A stretch of DNA of 64,000 bases from an uncultured bacterium (GTDB lineage Bacteria; Bacillota; Clostridia; Oscillospirales; Oscillospiraceae), in contig CAMWRX010000005.1 in assembly GCA_947176765.1 (NCBI GenBank), positions 3,771 through 67,770 on the forward strand, in the 5' to 3' direction. Under the pieces are notes generated by a model. That model was not told the origin of the DNA, ran no database searches, and was given only the letters and a program-made list of their open reading frames with translations. Within the stretch, counting starts at the first letter, position 1. Each line of letters begins with the position of its first letter. Shown in pieces: positions 47,780-56,602 of the stretch. The translations under genes and the position numbers were made by a program.

Positions 47780-48627
47780 GCGGCATCTCCCTTTATGCCC
47801 AGCGCACGGTAGACAGCCTCCCGGCTCTGACCGCACTCCTCCCCGGTAGCGCCGCTCTGGGTTATGGTGGCATAGTCCAGACGGATCGTACCAGCGGTGA
47901 TGCGTCCAAAGGTACAACCATCCAGCGTGGCCCCCGCAAAGTCCACACCATCCATGGTACAGTCAATGGTAGAGCAGGTTTTCAGTTTTGCCGTTTGCAG
48001 CATTACGTGAGACAGCTCACAATCATGGAAGTGGGTGTGGGCCAGTACAGAGCCACAGAGATCCACATAATTCAGGACAGACGAATAGAACTTCGTGTCG
48101 TAGATGTGGCTGGACACAAACGACGCGCTGGTGATCCGGCACACGGCAAATTTGCAGCCGTGGAGCTCAGAACCCAGGAAGTCCGCGAACTTGGGCAAAC
48201 AATAGAAGGTCACCCCGTCAAAATAGGACTCCCGGAAGAAATCCGGGGGAAAACCATCCTTGGCCGCCCGGTCATACAGTCTTTGGTCTACGAATTTTAA
48301 TGTGCGGTTTTCCATGCCCTTGCGCCGTTCAAACGCATAGCGTCTTCCATTCCAACGCTTATCGTAGATCTGGGACAGCAGTTCCTTCTGCCGCTGGAAA
48401 TTCCGGATATCCTGGAGCAGCGGCGTGATCTGCTCGCCACACTTTTCCAGTTCAGCCAGCAGTTCATCCGCAGTTCGCGCGGACCGTCCCTGTAAGATGT
48501 TATTGATAGCCCGAAGCGCATGAACCCGCTCACCAAACTGATATTCCTGGTGGGCGGCAGCCTCCAGGCTGTCCGCAATACGCTGGCTGAGTTCTGTTCC
48601 GCTGGGCACCGCTTTGTAATCGTTCAT
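47776..48627 (-). CDS. Pentapeptide-repeat-containing protein
   Basis: ADFLGSELHGCKF, VDLCGSVLAHTHFHDCELS, VDFAGATLDGCTF repeats in the C-terminal half. Confidence 0.8.
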   Translation of the reverse strand: MNDYKAVPSGTELSQRIADSLEAAAHQEYQFGERVHALRAINNILQGRSARTADELLAELEKCGEQITPLLQDIRNFQRQKELLSQIYDKRWNGRRYAFERRKGMENRTLKFVDQRLYDRAAKDGFPPDFFRESYFDGVTFYCLPKFADFLGSELHGCKFAVCRITSASFVSSHIYDTKFYSSVLNYVDLCGSVLAHTHFHDCELSHVMLQTAKLKTCSTIDCTMDGVDFAGATLDGCTFGRITAGTIRLDYATITQSGATGEECGQSREAVYRALGIKGDAA

Positions 48628-48701
48628 AGGGAAACCCCTTTCATAAAAAATGGGAGCGCCAAAGGACCGTTACAGTCCTCTGGCGCTCCTTCCAGTGTGT
48701 A

Positions 48702-48941
48702 TCAGGCGGCCATGGCCATGGGGAACCGGCACGTGGTCGGCTCATAGGTGGGGCCGGTCAGCAGGTGCAGCTGATAAGTGGTGTTCAGCGTCTCGAAGCA
48801 CACTTTCTCCTCGGTGACGCTGTGGATCGCCACCACACGGGAGGTGCGCACAAGGTCGTCCCCGTGCAGGAACACGGCCTTGGCCCCGACAGACAGCGGA
48901 CGGAGCAGCACACCCTCCAGAATCCTCTTTGCTTTAGTCAT
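48702..48941 (-). CDS. Small hypothetical protein
   Basis: GGGAGA RBS, in operon. Confidence 0.65.
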   Translation of the reverse strand: MTKAKRILEGVLLRPLSVGAKAVFLHGDDLVRTSRVVAIHSVTEEKVCFETLNTTYQLHLLTGPTYEPTTCRFPMAMAA

Positions 48942-48960
48942 GACATGATTCTCCCTTCTG

Positions 48961-49473
48961 CTAAATATATGGGTGAACGAAAACTTCTCGCAGCTCGTTC
49001 AAAAGCCTGCGGGCCTTCTTGACGCCCATGCCCTGAGACCGCGCGGCCTCCGCCGTGGAACAGCCCCGCAAGCGCATCAGCGCCAGCCGATGCTGTTCCT
49101 CGCTGGCCCCGGCCATCAGGTCATGGAAAATCAGCTGGGTTTCCAGTTCCTCGTAGAGGTTGGGCTGTCTGGCCCGTGGGTCGTCCAGATACCGCCGCTC
49201 CGCGTTCCGGCGACGCTCCTCTGTTCTGTGGTCGGTTGAAACACCCCGGCCCATGGCCCTCCAAGCCACGGTGGGGAACGCATACCGCCTCAGCCACGGC
49301 TGGGTGAGATACCGCTGTACCGCCTGGAGAAAGCCCAGGGCGGCGGCGTCATAGTATTCGGCGGCGCTGTGGCCTGTTTCTTTGAGAAAGGCATAGACCA
49401 GGCCATGGTGCTGCTCCGCAAAGCGCCGCTGTTCCTCCGTGAGAGGGGCCAGCGGAGCGGGCTGCCCCCGCAC
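48961..49473 (-). CDS. Sigma-70/ECF-like sigma factor
   Basis: LTEEQRRFAEQHHGLVYAFL...YYDAAALGFLQAVQRY (region 2); RLRGCSTAEAARSQG (region 4). Confidence 0.8.
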   Translation of the reverse strand: MRGQPAPLAPLTEEQRRFAEQHHGLVYAFLKETGHSAAEYYDAAALGFLQAVQRYLTQPWLRRYAFPTVAWRAMGRGVSTDHRTEERRRNAERRYLDDPRARQPNLYEELETQLIFHDLMAGASEEQHRLALMRLRGCSTAEAARSQGMGVKKARRLLNELREVFVHPYI

Positions 49474-49515
49474 ATAGGGCGGGAACAGCCTGCTCTGCTT
49501 TTCGACCAGCCGGAT

Positions 49516-50337
49516 TCAGGCGGGCAGGAGTTCCCGCTCGCCGTCCACCAGACCGCCCACAGCAAAGTGGCCGTCGTTGTCCGGCAGATCCAGCGGCTCC
49601 CCGGTGGTGGGGATGGTGCCCGCTGTCTCCTGCTCTTGGATCTGCTTCTCCAGCGCGGCCTTGACCATGGCGCGGAAGTTCTCGGCGTATGCCTTGACAC
49701 CTTCCAGCTCCTCGCCGGCGAAGTCCCGGACCCTGTTGAAGACGGCCACGCTGTAGTCGAAGCCGTTGCTGCTCACCGGCTTCAGCGTGATCTTCACCAG
49801 ACTGCCGTACACGGGGCGGCGGCGCAGGGCGAAAGCCATGTTGACGAAGTTCTTGAAGGGCTTGATGCTCGTGGGCGGCAGGGCCAGCTGCAGGGGGATG
49901 GGGTCCTCGCTGCGCAGGATGTAGAGCATCCTCATGTTTTTGCACAGCTTCCCCTTGCCGCTGGTACCGAACTCGTTGTAGCCGCACTCGGCGCACAGCA
50001 GGCCGGGGTCGCCGCAGCCCTGCTTGCCGTCCAGGGACTGGCACTGGGGCGGGGTGTTGTCGTCGTACTCGCTGCCCTCCGGCCAGTAGGCGTTGGCGGA
50101 GTGGTTGAACAGGATGATACCCTCGATCTCACCGACATAGGTGGGGTGGTCCGGGTCCTCACCCGGCATCTTGAACTGGGGCACGCCGCCGCCGGGGATC
50201 TTCACCCGGGGGAAGGAGAGCTCCAGGCCCTCCAGATCCTCCGCCACGTCGGCGGCGTCGAAGCCCTCATCCATGGGGGCGGGAAGCATAAAGGTGTCGC
50301 GCTCGGCGATGGCGGTGTTGTTCTGCTGGTTACTCAT
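49516..50337 (-). CDS. Phage-type putative ssDNA-binding/recombination protein with Zn site and acidic tail
   Basis: FPRVKIPGGG, CQSLDG, CAEC..NEFG.....CKNMR, LPPTS; acidic C-terminus; GGAGGA RBS. Confidence 0.7.
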   Translation of the reverse strand: MSNQQNNTAIAERDTFMLPAPMDEGFDAADVAEDLEGLELSFPRVKIPGGGVPQFKMPGEDPDHPTYVGEIEGIILFNHSANAYWPEGSEYDDNTPPQCQSLDGKQGCGDPGLLCAECGYNEFGTSGKGKLCKNMRMLYILRSEDPIPLQLALPPTSIKPFKNFVNMAFALRRRPVYGSLVKITLKPVSSNGFDYSVAVFNRVRDFAGEELEGVKAYAENFRAMVKAALEKQIQEQETAGTIPTTGEPLDLPDNDGHFAVGGLVDGERELLPA

Positions 50338-50383
50338 AATCTGTTCCTCCTAAATAAAGTGATATTTGTCACAGTGACCGCCG

Positions 50384-51472
50384 TTACGCGGCCATGCTTG
50401 CAACCTGGTTGATCTGCCGGAACATAGCCGGAGGCATGGTCATGACGTTGTAGCCGATGACCTCCAGCTTGCTGGCCCTGTCGTAGTCCTCCACGTCCTG
50501 GCTGTACCGGGTAACGGCGTTGGCCAGCCCATAGAGGGTGTAATCCGCGTCCTCCAACAGATGCTGGAGCACGCCTTTGCCTTCCGCATCGGTGAGGCCG
50601 AAATTGCTGCTGGTGAGCTTGACCACGCTGGGGATGTCGGTGGTGTCCAGCCTGGCCTGGGTGCTTTCCCTCATGGTGTCCAACACCCTGGCAAACCGGG
50701 CTTCGTCCACCGCCGCTTTCACCGTGTCCTGGACCTTCATCATGAACGCCTTGCCGTCCTGGTCCAGCGTCTCCTGGGAATACAGCGCGAAGTTTTCATC
50801 GGTGCTGTTGGCCCGGCCCACGTGGTTGCGGCGTGTCCGTGTGCTGGCGTCGTTGACCACCATGCCGTTGAGACAGGCCAGACGGTAAATCAGAGGCTGG
50901 ACGTTCACCGCCCCCAGGCCGGTCTCGCTGTTGGAGATGACCACGCCCGCCTGCACCACGTCGCCCACGCGCACCTCGCCGGTGAGCTTGGGGTTGACCA
51001 CCTTGATGTACATATAGTTTTCGGTGACCTGAGTGCTCTCAAACCGCGCGCCGGGCATCCCCATGATGATGGGCAGCACCGCCTGGGCGATCTCGAAGTT
51101 GTCGATGCACCGGTAGCGGTTGCTGAGAAATGCCCTGGCCCTGCCGTCAATGGTGCGCAGCAGGCGCTGGGTGGGTTCCCCCTTGTGGAGCCAGCGGTTG
51201 ACGTTATCGGCCAGCAGGCCGGGCTCCTCCTGGAGCATCCGCTCGTAATACTTCCAGGGGATGTTCAGGTGGGCGCCGATCTGACGGTGGGCCGTCTCCT
51301 GGATTTCCAGAGGCTCCATCTGATCCACGCCGCCCTCAACGACCCGAAGCATGGGTACACGGCCCGTCGAGTCCATCTCCATGCTGAGCGGGTTCACCAG
51401 ATAGTCCGCTTTGGCGGCGGCCTGACGCTCGATCTCCGCCGCCATCTCGGTGATAGTCAGTCCGGTTTTCAT
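50384..51472 (-). CDS. DUF932/DUF945-like protein
   Basis: RARAFLSNRY..IDN, GVVISNSETGLGAVNVQPLIYRLACLNGMV, LYGLANAVTRY. Confidence 0.8.
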   Translation of the reverse strand: MKTGLTITEMAAEIERQAAAKADYLVNPLSMEMDSTGRVPMLRVVEGGVDQMEPLEIQETAHRQIGAHLNIPWKYYERMLQEEPGLLADNVNRWLHKGEPTQRLLRTIDGRARAFLSNRYRCIDNFEIAQAVLPIIMGMPGARFESTQVTENYMYIKVVNPKLTGEVRVGDVVQAGVVISNSETGLGAVNVQPLIYRLACLNGMVVNDASTRTRRNHVGRANSTDENFALYSQETLDQDGKAFMMKVQDTVKAAVDEARFARVLDTMRESTQARLDTTDIPSVVKLTSSNFGLTDAEGKGVLQHLLEDADYTLYGLANAVTRYSQDVEDYDRASKLEVIGYNVMTMPPAMFRQINQVASMAA

Positions 51473-51486
51473 TCCGCTCCCCCTTT

Positions 51487-52251
51487 CTACCAGGAAACGG
51501 CAATGTGGTCGGCCTGTACGTCGGCGGACAGCCCTTCCTGGGCCAGCGTATCGGCCAGACGGGGCCAGTACACCTTTTCCGGGAACGCGGCAAAAGCGTG
51601 CTTTGTGGTTTTGCTGCTGCCCGCTTCCGGCTGGAAGGAGATACTGCCGTCCTCGTTCAGCGTGAGGCTGCTGTGGCCCCTGGAGCGCAGGTCGGCGATC
51701 AGCGTGTCCAGCACGCCCCTGCCCTCCAGCTCATACCACACCGATGGATCGGGAGACGGACCGGACGGTGCGCCCTGTCCATTGTCCTGCACCGGGACGA
51801 TCTTCACCAGGGAGCAGCTGAGGCTGCCCTTCTGATCCAGCGTCACGTCGGCGTACTCGTAATCCGGCACGCCGTAGAGCCGGATGCGGCCTGTACCGCC
51901 ATGGGCGATAAACAGCTCCGGGTCGTTCATGGTCCACTCCCAGCGCGCGTTCGGGTAAGCGCTTTTCAGGTAGTCCGAGATGCGGTAGTTCACATGGCAC
52001 AGCAGGAGTTTCACCACATTTACAGTGGAGAGCGCTTCCTGCTCCTGGGCAATCCGCTCCTCCCGGCTGCGATAGGCACGGTTGGCCCGCCACGCGGGGC
52101 GCAGGAGGGTGAGCACCACCCAAAGGCCCCAGAGGGCGAACGTGACCAGCAGCAGGACGGTCTGGGCCGGGCCGCGCAGCAGGGCCAGGATGGCGATGAC
52201 CGCGCCGATCAGGATAGAGGTGCTGCTTCCGAGGGAAATCTTCTGTTTCAT
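51487..52251 (-). CDS. Hypothetical protein with two N-terminal TM helices
   Basis: ILIGAVIAILALL / VLLLVTFALWGLWVVLTLL; AAAGGTG RBS. Confidence 0.75.
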   Translation of the reverse strand: MKQKISLGSSTSILIGAVIAILALLRGPAQTVLLLVTFALWGLWVVLTLLRPAWRANRAYRSREERIAQEQEALSTVNVVKLLLCHVNYRISDYLKSAYPNARWEWTMNDPELFIAHGGTGRIRLYGVPDYEYADVTLDQKGSLSCSLVKIVPVQDNGQGAPSGPSPDPSVWYELEGRGVLDTLIADLRSRGHSSLTLNEDGSISFQPEAGSSKTTKHAFAAFPEKVYWPRLADTLAQEGLSADVQADHIAVSW

Positions 52252-52359
52252 TTGGTTTGCCACCTTTCTTTTTTCTGGACAACAAAAAAAGAGGCGCTGC
52301 TCCAAGTCCAGAAATCTTCTGAAACGTTGGAAACAGCGCCTCTTTACTTGTGCCGGATC

Positions 52360-52758
52360 TCACTCCGGCAGGTCTTCCCGCTCCCCGTCAACAGTTTCTG
52401 GGAATGGGATGTCTTTGGCCTGATCGGGCCTGCGCTCCTGCCGTTGTCCGGCAGGGACAAAGCCCCAGTCCTTCAGCTTGAGCTTCAGCCGCTTGTCATG
52501 GGTCACACCATCTTTTTTGGTGTACTCCTCCAGCTCCAGGGAACCGGACACCCACAGTGCGCTGCCTTTGCCCACACCCTCACTGATCAGCTGACGCACC
52601 ATAGCGCCCCAGGCCCACACCGAGACATACTGTGTGTGGGCGCTGCTGCCATACCCGATGCGCTCGGCAATGGGGAAGCAGAGATAGGGCACGTTTTTCT
52701 GGCTTGTCTTCAGCTCCAGTTCGGACATGACCCGGCCTGTGCAATACAGTTGGGACAT
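52360..52758 (-). CDS. ssb: Single-stranded DNA-binding protein
   Basis: TGRVMSELELKT, YVSVWAWG, GKGSALWVSGSL, acidic tail IPFPETVDGEREDLPE. Confidence 0.88.
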   Translation of the reverse strand: MSQLYCTGRVMSELELKTSQKNVPYLCFPIAERIGYGSSAHTQYVSVWAWGAMVRQLISEGVGKGSALWVSGSLELEEYTKKDGVTHDKRLKLKLKDWGFVPAGQRQERRPDQAKDIPFPETVDGEREDLPE

Positions 52759-52769
52759 AGCTCTCCTTT

Positions 52770-53014
52770 CTGCCTGTTCAGGCTAAAATATATATATAAA
52801 AAGAGCCAGAGGGCAGACTGATCCCCTAACAGCATAGGGGCCAGCTTTCCACCGGCTCTTGCGTACAAACCCCGGGAGTGCCGTACTGCTCCCCCGCCGC
52901 TTCCTGGGCAGGGGCCGACATTTCCCGTAACGTGTGCAATGCGAAACTGATCGCTCCCAGACTGAAAAATCAGCCTGCCCTCTGAAAAGAGGAAACGCAC
53001 ATAGAATCAATTAC
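52770..53014 (-). ncRNA. Candidate structured 5' leader / attenuator upstream of ssb
   Basis: Terminator-like stem 52860-52801 plus U-tract; 16-nt long-range pairing 52984-52969 with 52822-52807; local hairpin with 52965-52958. Confidence 0.55.
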
Positions 53015-53020
53015 AAGGGG

Positions 53021-53049
53021 ATTGTACCACAAGATGCCGTGCCTGTCAA
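53021..53049 (-). promoter_or_regulatory. Near-consensus sigma70 promoter for the ssb operon; perfect palindrome ACAATATATTGT at 53060-53071 just upstream
   Basis: Minus strand TTGACA-17nt-TACAAT with TG extension. Confidence 0.85.
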
Positions 53050-53121
53050 CCATAAATGTACAATATATTGTGTTTTATTTTTCTCGACACACAAAATCTT
53101 GCGTCGCTCGTGTGGCTGGCA

Positions 53122-53361
53122 TCAGCATTGCACAAACAGCCCTACCGGGCATACATTTTCATAGCCAGAGGTGGATATGTACCAACAGGCCGGGCCAGTT
53201 TGTTCCCAGGCAACTTCCAATGTAATATCATGCCATCCATCCGGGAACAGGGCCTGGAAGCAGCTCCCGGCATGGATACCATATCCGTCCAGGAGTAGAC
53301 GGGGGTGTGGGTCGTGGTCTTCAGGGGCGGGGAGTTTAAGCTGACTGATCTTTTTGTTCAT
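53122..53361 (-). CDS. DUF5348-like small protein
   Basis: LDGYGIHAG.CFQALFPDGWHDITLE; GGAGGA RBS. Confidence 0.7.
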   Translation of the reverse strand: MNKKISQLKLPAPEDHDPHPRLLLDGYGIHAGSCFQALFPDGWHDITLEVAWEQTGPACWYISTSGYENVCPVGLFVQC

Positions 53362-53581
53362 GATGATTCCTCCTATCACGGTTAAATGCCTACACTATAA
53401 TAAATAGGGCGCGGCTGCCGCCTTTTACACATCCAGAAAAAATTTTTACTTCTTTCCGCGCGACAGCTCATGATGCAGCCAAATTCACAGGAAACAGTCG
53501 TATATCAATTCGTAATGGTTGCTTTTTCCGTTCTGACCATATATAATGTCAAGGTAGTCAATCATATAAAGGGTGGTTACC

Positions 53582-53914
53582 ATGGACAGGAAGAATAAAG
53601 CAACTGGCGCTGGCACCGACCAGGAGGGCAAAAAGAAGCCCGGCAGAAAGCCTATGACTGATGCGGAAAAAAAGGCCGCCGCAAAGGCGCGCGCAGAAGA
53701 AAAGTCAAAGGCCGCAAACCTCAAGCCGGAAGTCATTGTGCAGTTCCAGGACGTCGAAGCCGATGTAACAGCCTTGATTGAGGAAGCCAAGGCCGACTTC
53801 CATAAAACCAAAAAGCGTACTTTGGTCACCGATATGAAGCTGTACGTGAAACCGGAGGAGCGCGCGGCCTATTATGTGATCAATGGAGAGCATACCGGAA
53901 GCGTTTCCTACTGA
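53582..53914 (+). CDS. DUF6465-like protein with Lys/Ala-rich N-terminus
   Basis: KKKPGRKP..AEKKAAAKA; EVIVQF...MKLYVKPEERAAYYVING. Confidence 0.8.
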   Translation: MDRKNKATGAGTDQEGKKKPGRKPMTDAEKKAAAKARAEEKSKAANLKPEVIVQFQDVEADVTALIEEAKADFHKTKKRTLVTDMKLYVKPEERAAYYVINGEHTGSVSY

Positions 53915-53949
53915 TCTGCTTGACCCTGCTGCTGTTTCGCGTTTGGAAA

Positions 53950-53996
53950 ACAGGCGGGCGCTGCCAGCACTAGCTGACAGCGCCCGCTGTCTTTTT
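53950..53996. terminator. Terminator between convergent genes
   Basis: GCGGGCGCTG / CAGCGCCCGC with flanking A and T runs. Confidence 0.7.
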
Positions 53997-54684
53997 ACAC
54001 CCGCTCAAAGATGATCTGTTTACGCAGATACAGGTTGGCCACGGCGATGGTGACAGGCACCAGCTGCTCCGCCTGAAGCATCTCAAAGGCAATACTGTCG
54101 CTGGTTGTGTAGTCGTTGTCAATGAGGGCGTCCATGAGCTTTTCCTCGGTGGAAATATCCGTCGCCCCAACCTCGGCGCACTTGATAAGCTCGGCGGTGG
54201 ACAACAAGGCTTGCCGGGACAGGGCCATCACCTGGGTCTCCCGCTCGTTCAGCTTGTCCTTCCGGAACAACTGCTTCGCCTTGGAAAAGGGTACACCCCC
54301 CAGCAAAAGTTTCCCAAAGGTGAGAAGCCGCAGGGACAGGCTCTCCGAAACAGGAACGACATACAGTTCCCCCAGCAGATCATATAGCGCCTCAAAATCT
54401 GTGTCGCCGCTGCCCCGGACAATCAGGCCCCGCATCTCCAGCCGGTTGAGGCAGGTATCCAGCGTCCGTCGGGCGGAAGGAAGATCCTTTGCCATCTGGT
54501 CATACTTTGCCTCGATCTGCTCCATGCGTAGGAACCGCCAGTTAAGGATCGTCCAAACCGCCATCTCTTGGATGTCCACAATATGCTCCTCCTGGTTTAC
54601 CAGGATCACAGGATAGGAGCGCCCAGCCCCATCTGTCTTGTGGCGAAAATGGCCCACTGCGGTGTAGTAAGTGTTCGTTTTCAT
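53995..54684 (-). CDS. Hypothetical protein (element backbone)
   Basis: GGAGG RBS; 229-aa ORF. Confidence 0.8.
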   Translation of the reverse strand: MKTNTYYTAVGHFRHKTDGAGRSYPVILVNQEEHIVDIQEMAVWTILNWRFLRMEQIEAKYDQMAKDLPSARRTLDTCLNRLEMRGLIVRGSGDTDFEALYDLLGELYVVPVSESLSLRLLTFGKLLLGGVPFSKAKQLFRKDKLNERETQVMALSRQALLSTAELIKCAEVGATDISTEEKLMDALIDNDYTTSDSIAFEMLQAEQLVPVTIAVANLYLRKQIIFERV

Positions 54685-54859
54685 AATATCGCCTCCATGT
54701 TTCTTGTTAAGATAGCCATATACTACCTTTTACAAACGCCGCATCCCGTTTTCAACAAGCGAAGCGATTTTTCCCGAAGCAAGGCGACTCATTGACTCTT
54801 GATAGAGGCCAGGAGACCACGGAATCCAATCCCATTGTTCCGATCACAACCGTAAACAG

Positions 54860-54904
54860 AGAAAAGGTACAGTCTCTTTGGATAAAGGAAACTGTACCTT
54901 TTCT
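54860..54904. terminator. 14-bp perfect inverted repeat, terminator-like
   Basis: AGAAAAGGTACAGT / ACTGTACCTTTTCT. Confidence 0.7.
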
Positions 54905-55023
54905 TTTCTATCGAAAGATTTTGTATTCTCCAAAGCCTATCTGTAGATATGGCAGATAAATTACTGCCGAATTTAGAATGGAATGAAATCCATTATGACC
55001 CTGGAACCAGTCCGGCAGAAAGA

Positions 55024-55308
55024 TCAGAGCTTTTCCTTCAATTCTTTACGCCTTTCCTCAAGCAGACGATTCAATTCTTCTAAGTCCTCTGATTTGAGTG
55101 CGCGCTGATATATGTAGCAAAATCGTCTTAGGCGGCAGTCATCCTTGCCGCATCCCTTCATCCCCCAACAGCTTCCCCCAAAAAACCTGTACTGTATAAC
55201 AAGGTTAGGGCATTTGATTTCTATGATAAAATCAATAATGGCTGGAACTATCATTACAGCCAGCACAAGCAAAGCAATTAACATGAGTATAATATCAGTA
55301 AAGTTCAT
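55024..55308 (-). CDS. Small membrane-anchored protein with Cys cluster (AT-rich)
   Basis: N-terminal TM; CWGMKGCGKDDCRLRRFC; GGGAG RBS. Confidence 0.55.
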   Translation of the reverse strand: MNFTDIILMLIALLVLAVMIVPAIIDFIIEIKCPNLVIQYRFFGGSCWGMKGCGKDDCRLRRFCYIYQRALKSEDLEELNRLLEERRKELKEKL

Positions 55309-55402
55309 ACCTATTCTCCCTTCAGGAAGTTCCGATAGCACGGGCCAGCGCTGTCGCTTGTTCCTGCACCTTTGCACAGAGAGTACGTTGGGCATTACCC
55401 TT

Positions 55403-56278
55403 TCAGAAGTCAACAAACTCTGTCCCAGCCTGGGCAGTCAGGGAAAGAAGCCGTTCAGGCGAACTGTGAAGCTCCACTTCCAGGCCCATTGTATGTAGGA
55501 ATCTCCCAAAGCCGTCGTTCAACCCAACCTGTTCCGCCAGATTGTGCTGGGCGGCATATTCTGGGTGATGGTGATAGACAGCGTTCATAAGCGCAGCCCA
55601 GTTAATCTCACAATACAGCCGCTCCTTACGCATATCGGACAACAGCTCAAAAAGTGGGACACAGCTGTCCGACTCCTGGAAAAACAGATAGGCCGGGACG
55701 TGTTCGCTTAAGTCGTTGTCGTACCGCTCCGCTAATCCTCTTGCACCATCTGACAAGTCATCGTATATCGGACCGGCTATCGCCAGCCCCCGCTGGCATT
55801 GCTCTGTCTCCAGCCAGTACAGGCCGTTGGCGATGATCTTATGCCGGGTGGTGTAACCCCATGGGGTCAGGAGAGGTACAGGGTAGTTGCCAAAATACTC
55901 CGGGTACATCTCGGCCCCAATGGTGGCTATGCTACGGATGCTTTCGCCCTCCGGCAGGGCAAGCTGGTGCAAGACCCTGTAGCGGAACAGTTCGTAGCCG
56001 ATGATATACCGGCTGTTACCTGTACTGTCCTCCATATATATCAAAAACTCCGGATAATCAGGGGCAGACTTCCCGTACCTTTTAGCCATATCTGAAATTT
56101 CTACAGCGCTTCTGAGTACGACAAAGCCTTCTGCCGCTACACCTGTTTCTGAGCTCTCCAGAATAACATCATACACACCGGGCATGACGAGGGTGGCCTC
56201 AGTTACCACACCCAGCTCCCCTAAGTCCAAGGGCAGGTTCGCTGAAGACAACAGTTGTGTTTCTTTATCCATGACCAT
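55403..56278 (-). CDS. Hypothetical protein
   Basis: About 291-aa ORF from ATG 56278 with GAGG RBS. Confidence 0.75.
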   Translation of the reverse strand: MVMDKETQLLSSANLPLDLGELGVVTEATLVMPGVYDVILESSETGVAAEGFVVLRSAVEISDMAKRYGKSAPDYPEFLIYMEDSTGNSRYIIGYELFRYRVLHQLALPEGESIRSIATIGAEMYPEYFGNYPVPLLTPWGYTTRHKIIANGLYWLETEQCQRGLAIAGPIYDDLSDGARGLAERYDNDLSEHVPAYLFFQESDSCVPLFELLSDMRKERLYCEINWAALMNAVYHHHPEYAAQHNLAEQVGLNDGFGRFLHTMGLEVELHSSPERLLSLTAQAGTEFVDF

Positions 56279-56325
56279 AACCAACCTCTTCTTCTCCACT
56301 GATTTTCCTCTGCGTTTACTATAGC

Positions 56326-56349
56326 ATATTGTGGCTATAATCACAATAT
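56326..56349. promoter_or_regulatory. Operator-like inverted repeat in the divergent region upstream of two HTH genes
   Basis: ATATTGTG-N8-CACAATAT, with TATAAT in the spacer. Confidence 0.55.
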
Positions 56350-56398
56350 CAAGATGATAAATATTCCCATATAATTTGCATATCAAATTATCGCGGGG

Positions 56399-56602
56399 AT
56401 GATTTCAGTGGTGGATTACAGCCCCTTATGGAAAACGATGCAAGTGCGTGGTGTAACACAATACCAGCTTTTGAAGTCTGGTATTGACAATAAAACCCTT
56501 GATTCCTTGAAGAAGAATAAAAACATCACCATGCTCACATTAGAAAAGCTGTGTGATATTATTGGGTGTACGCCAAACGATGTTGTGCAGTTTATAAAAT
56601 AA
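56399..56602 (+). CDS. Cro/C1-type HTH (HTH_26) regulator
   Basis: YSPLWKTM..RGVTQYQL...LEKLCDIIGCTPNDVV. Confidence 0.88.
   Translation: MISVVDYSPLWKTMQVRGVTQYQLLKSGIDNKTLDSLKKNKNITMLTLEKLCDIIGCTPNDVVQFIK

Noticed and set aside
54790-54904. Possible plus-strand sRNA ending at the 14-bp hairpin
   Set aside because: TTGACT at about 54792 has no matching -10; the hairpin is adequately explained as a terminator for the minus-strand genes.
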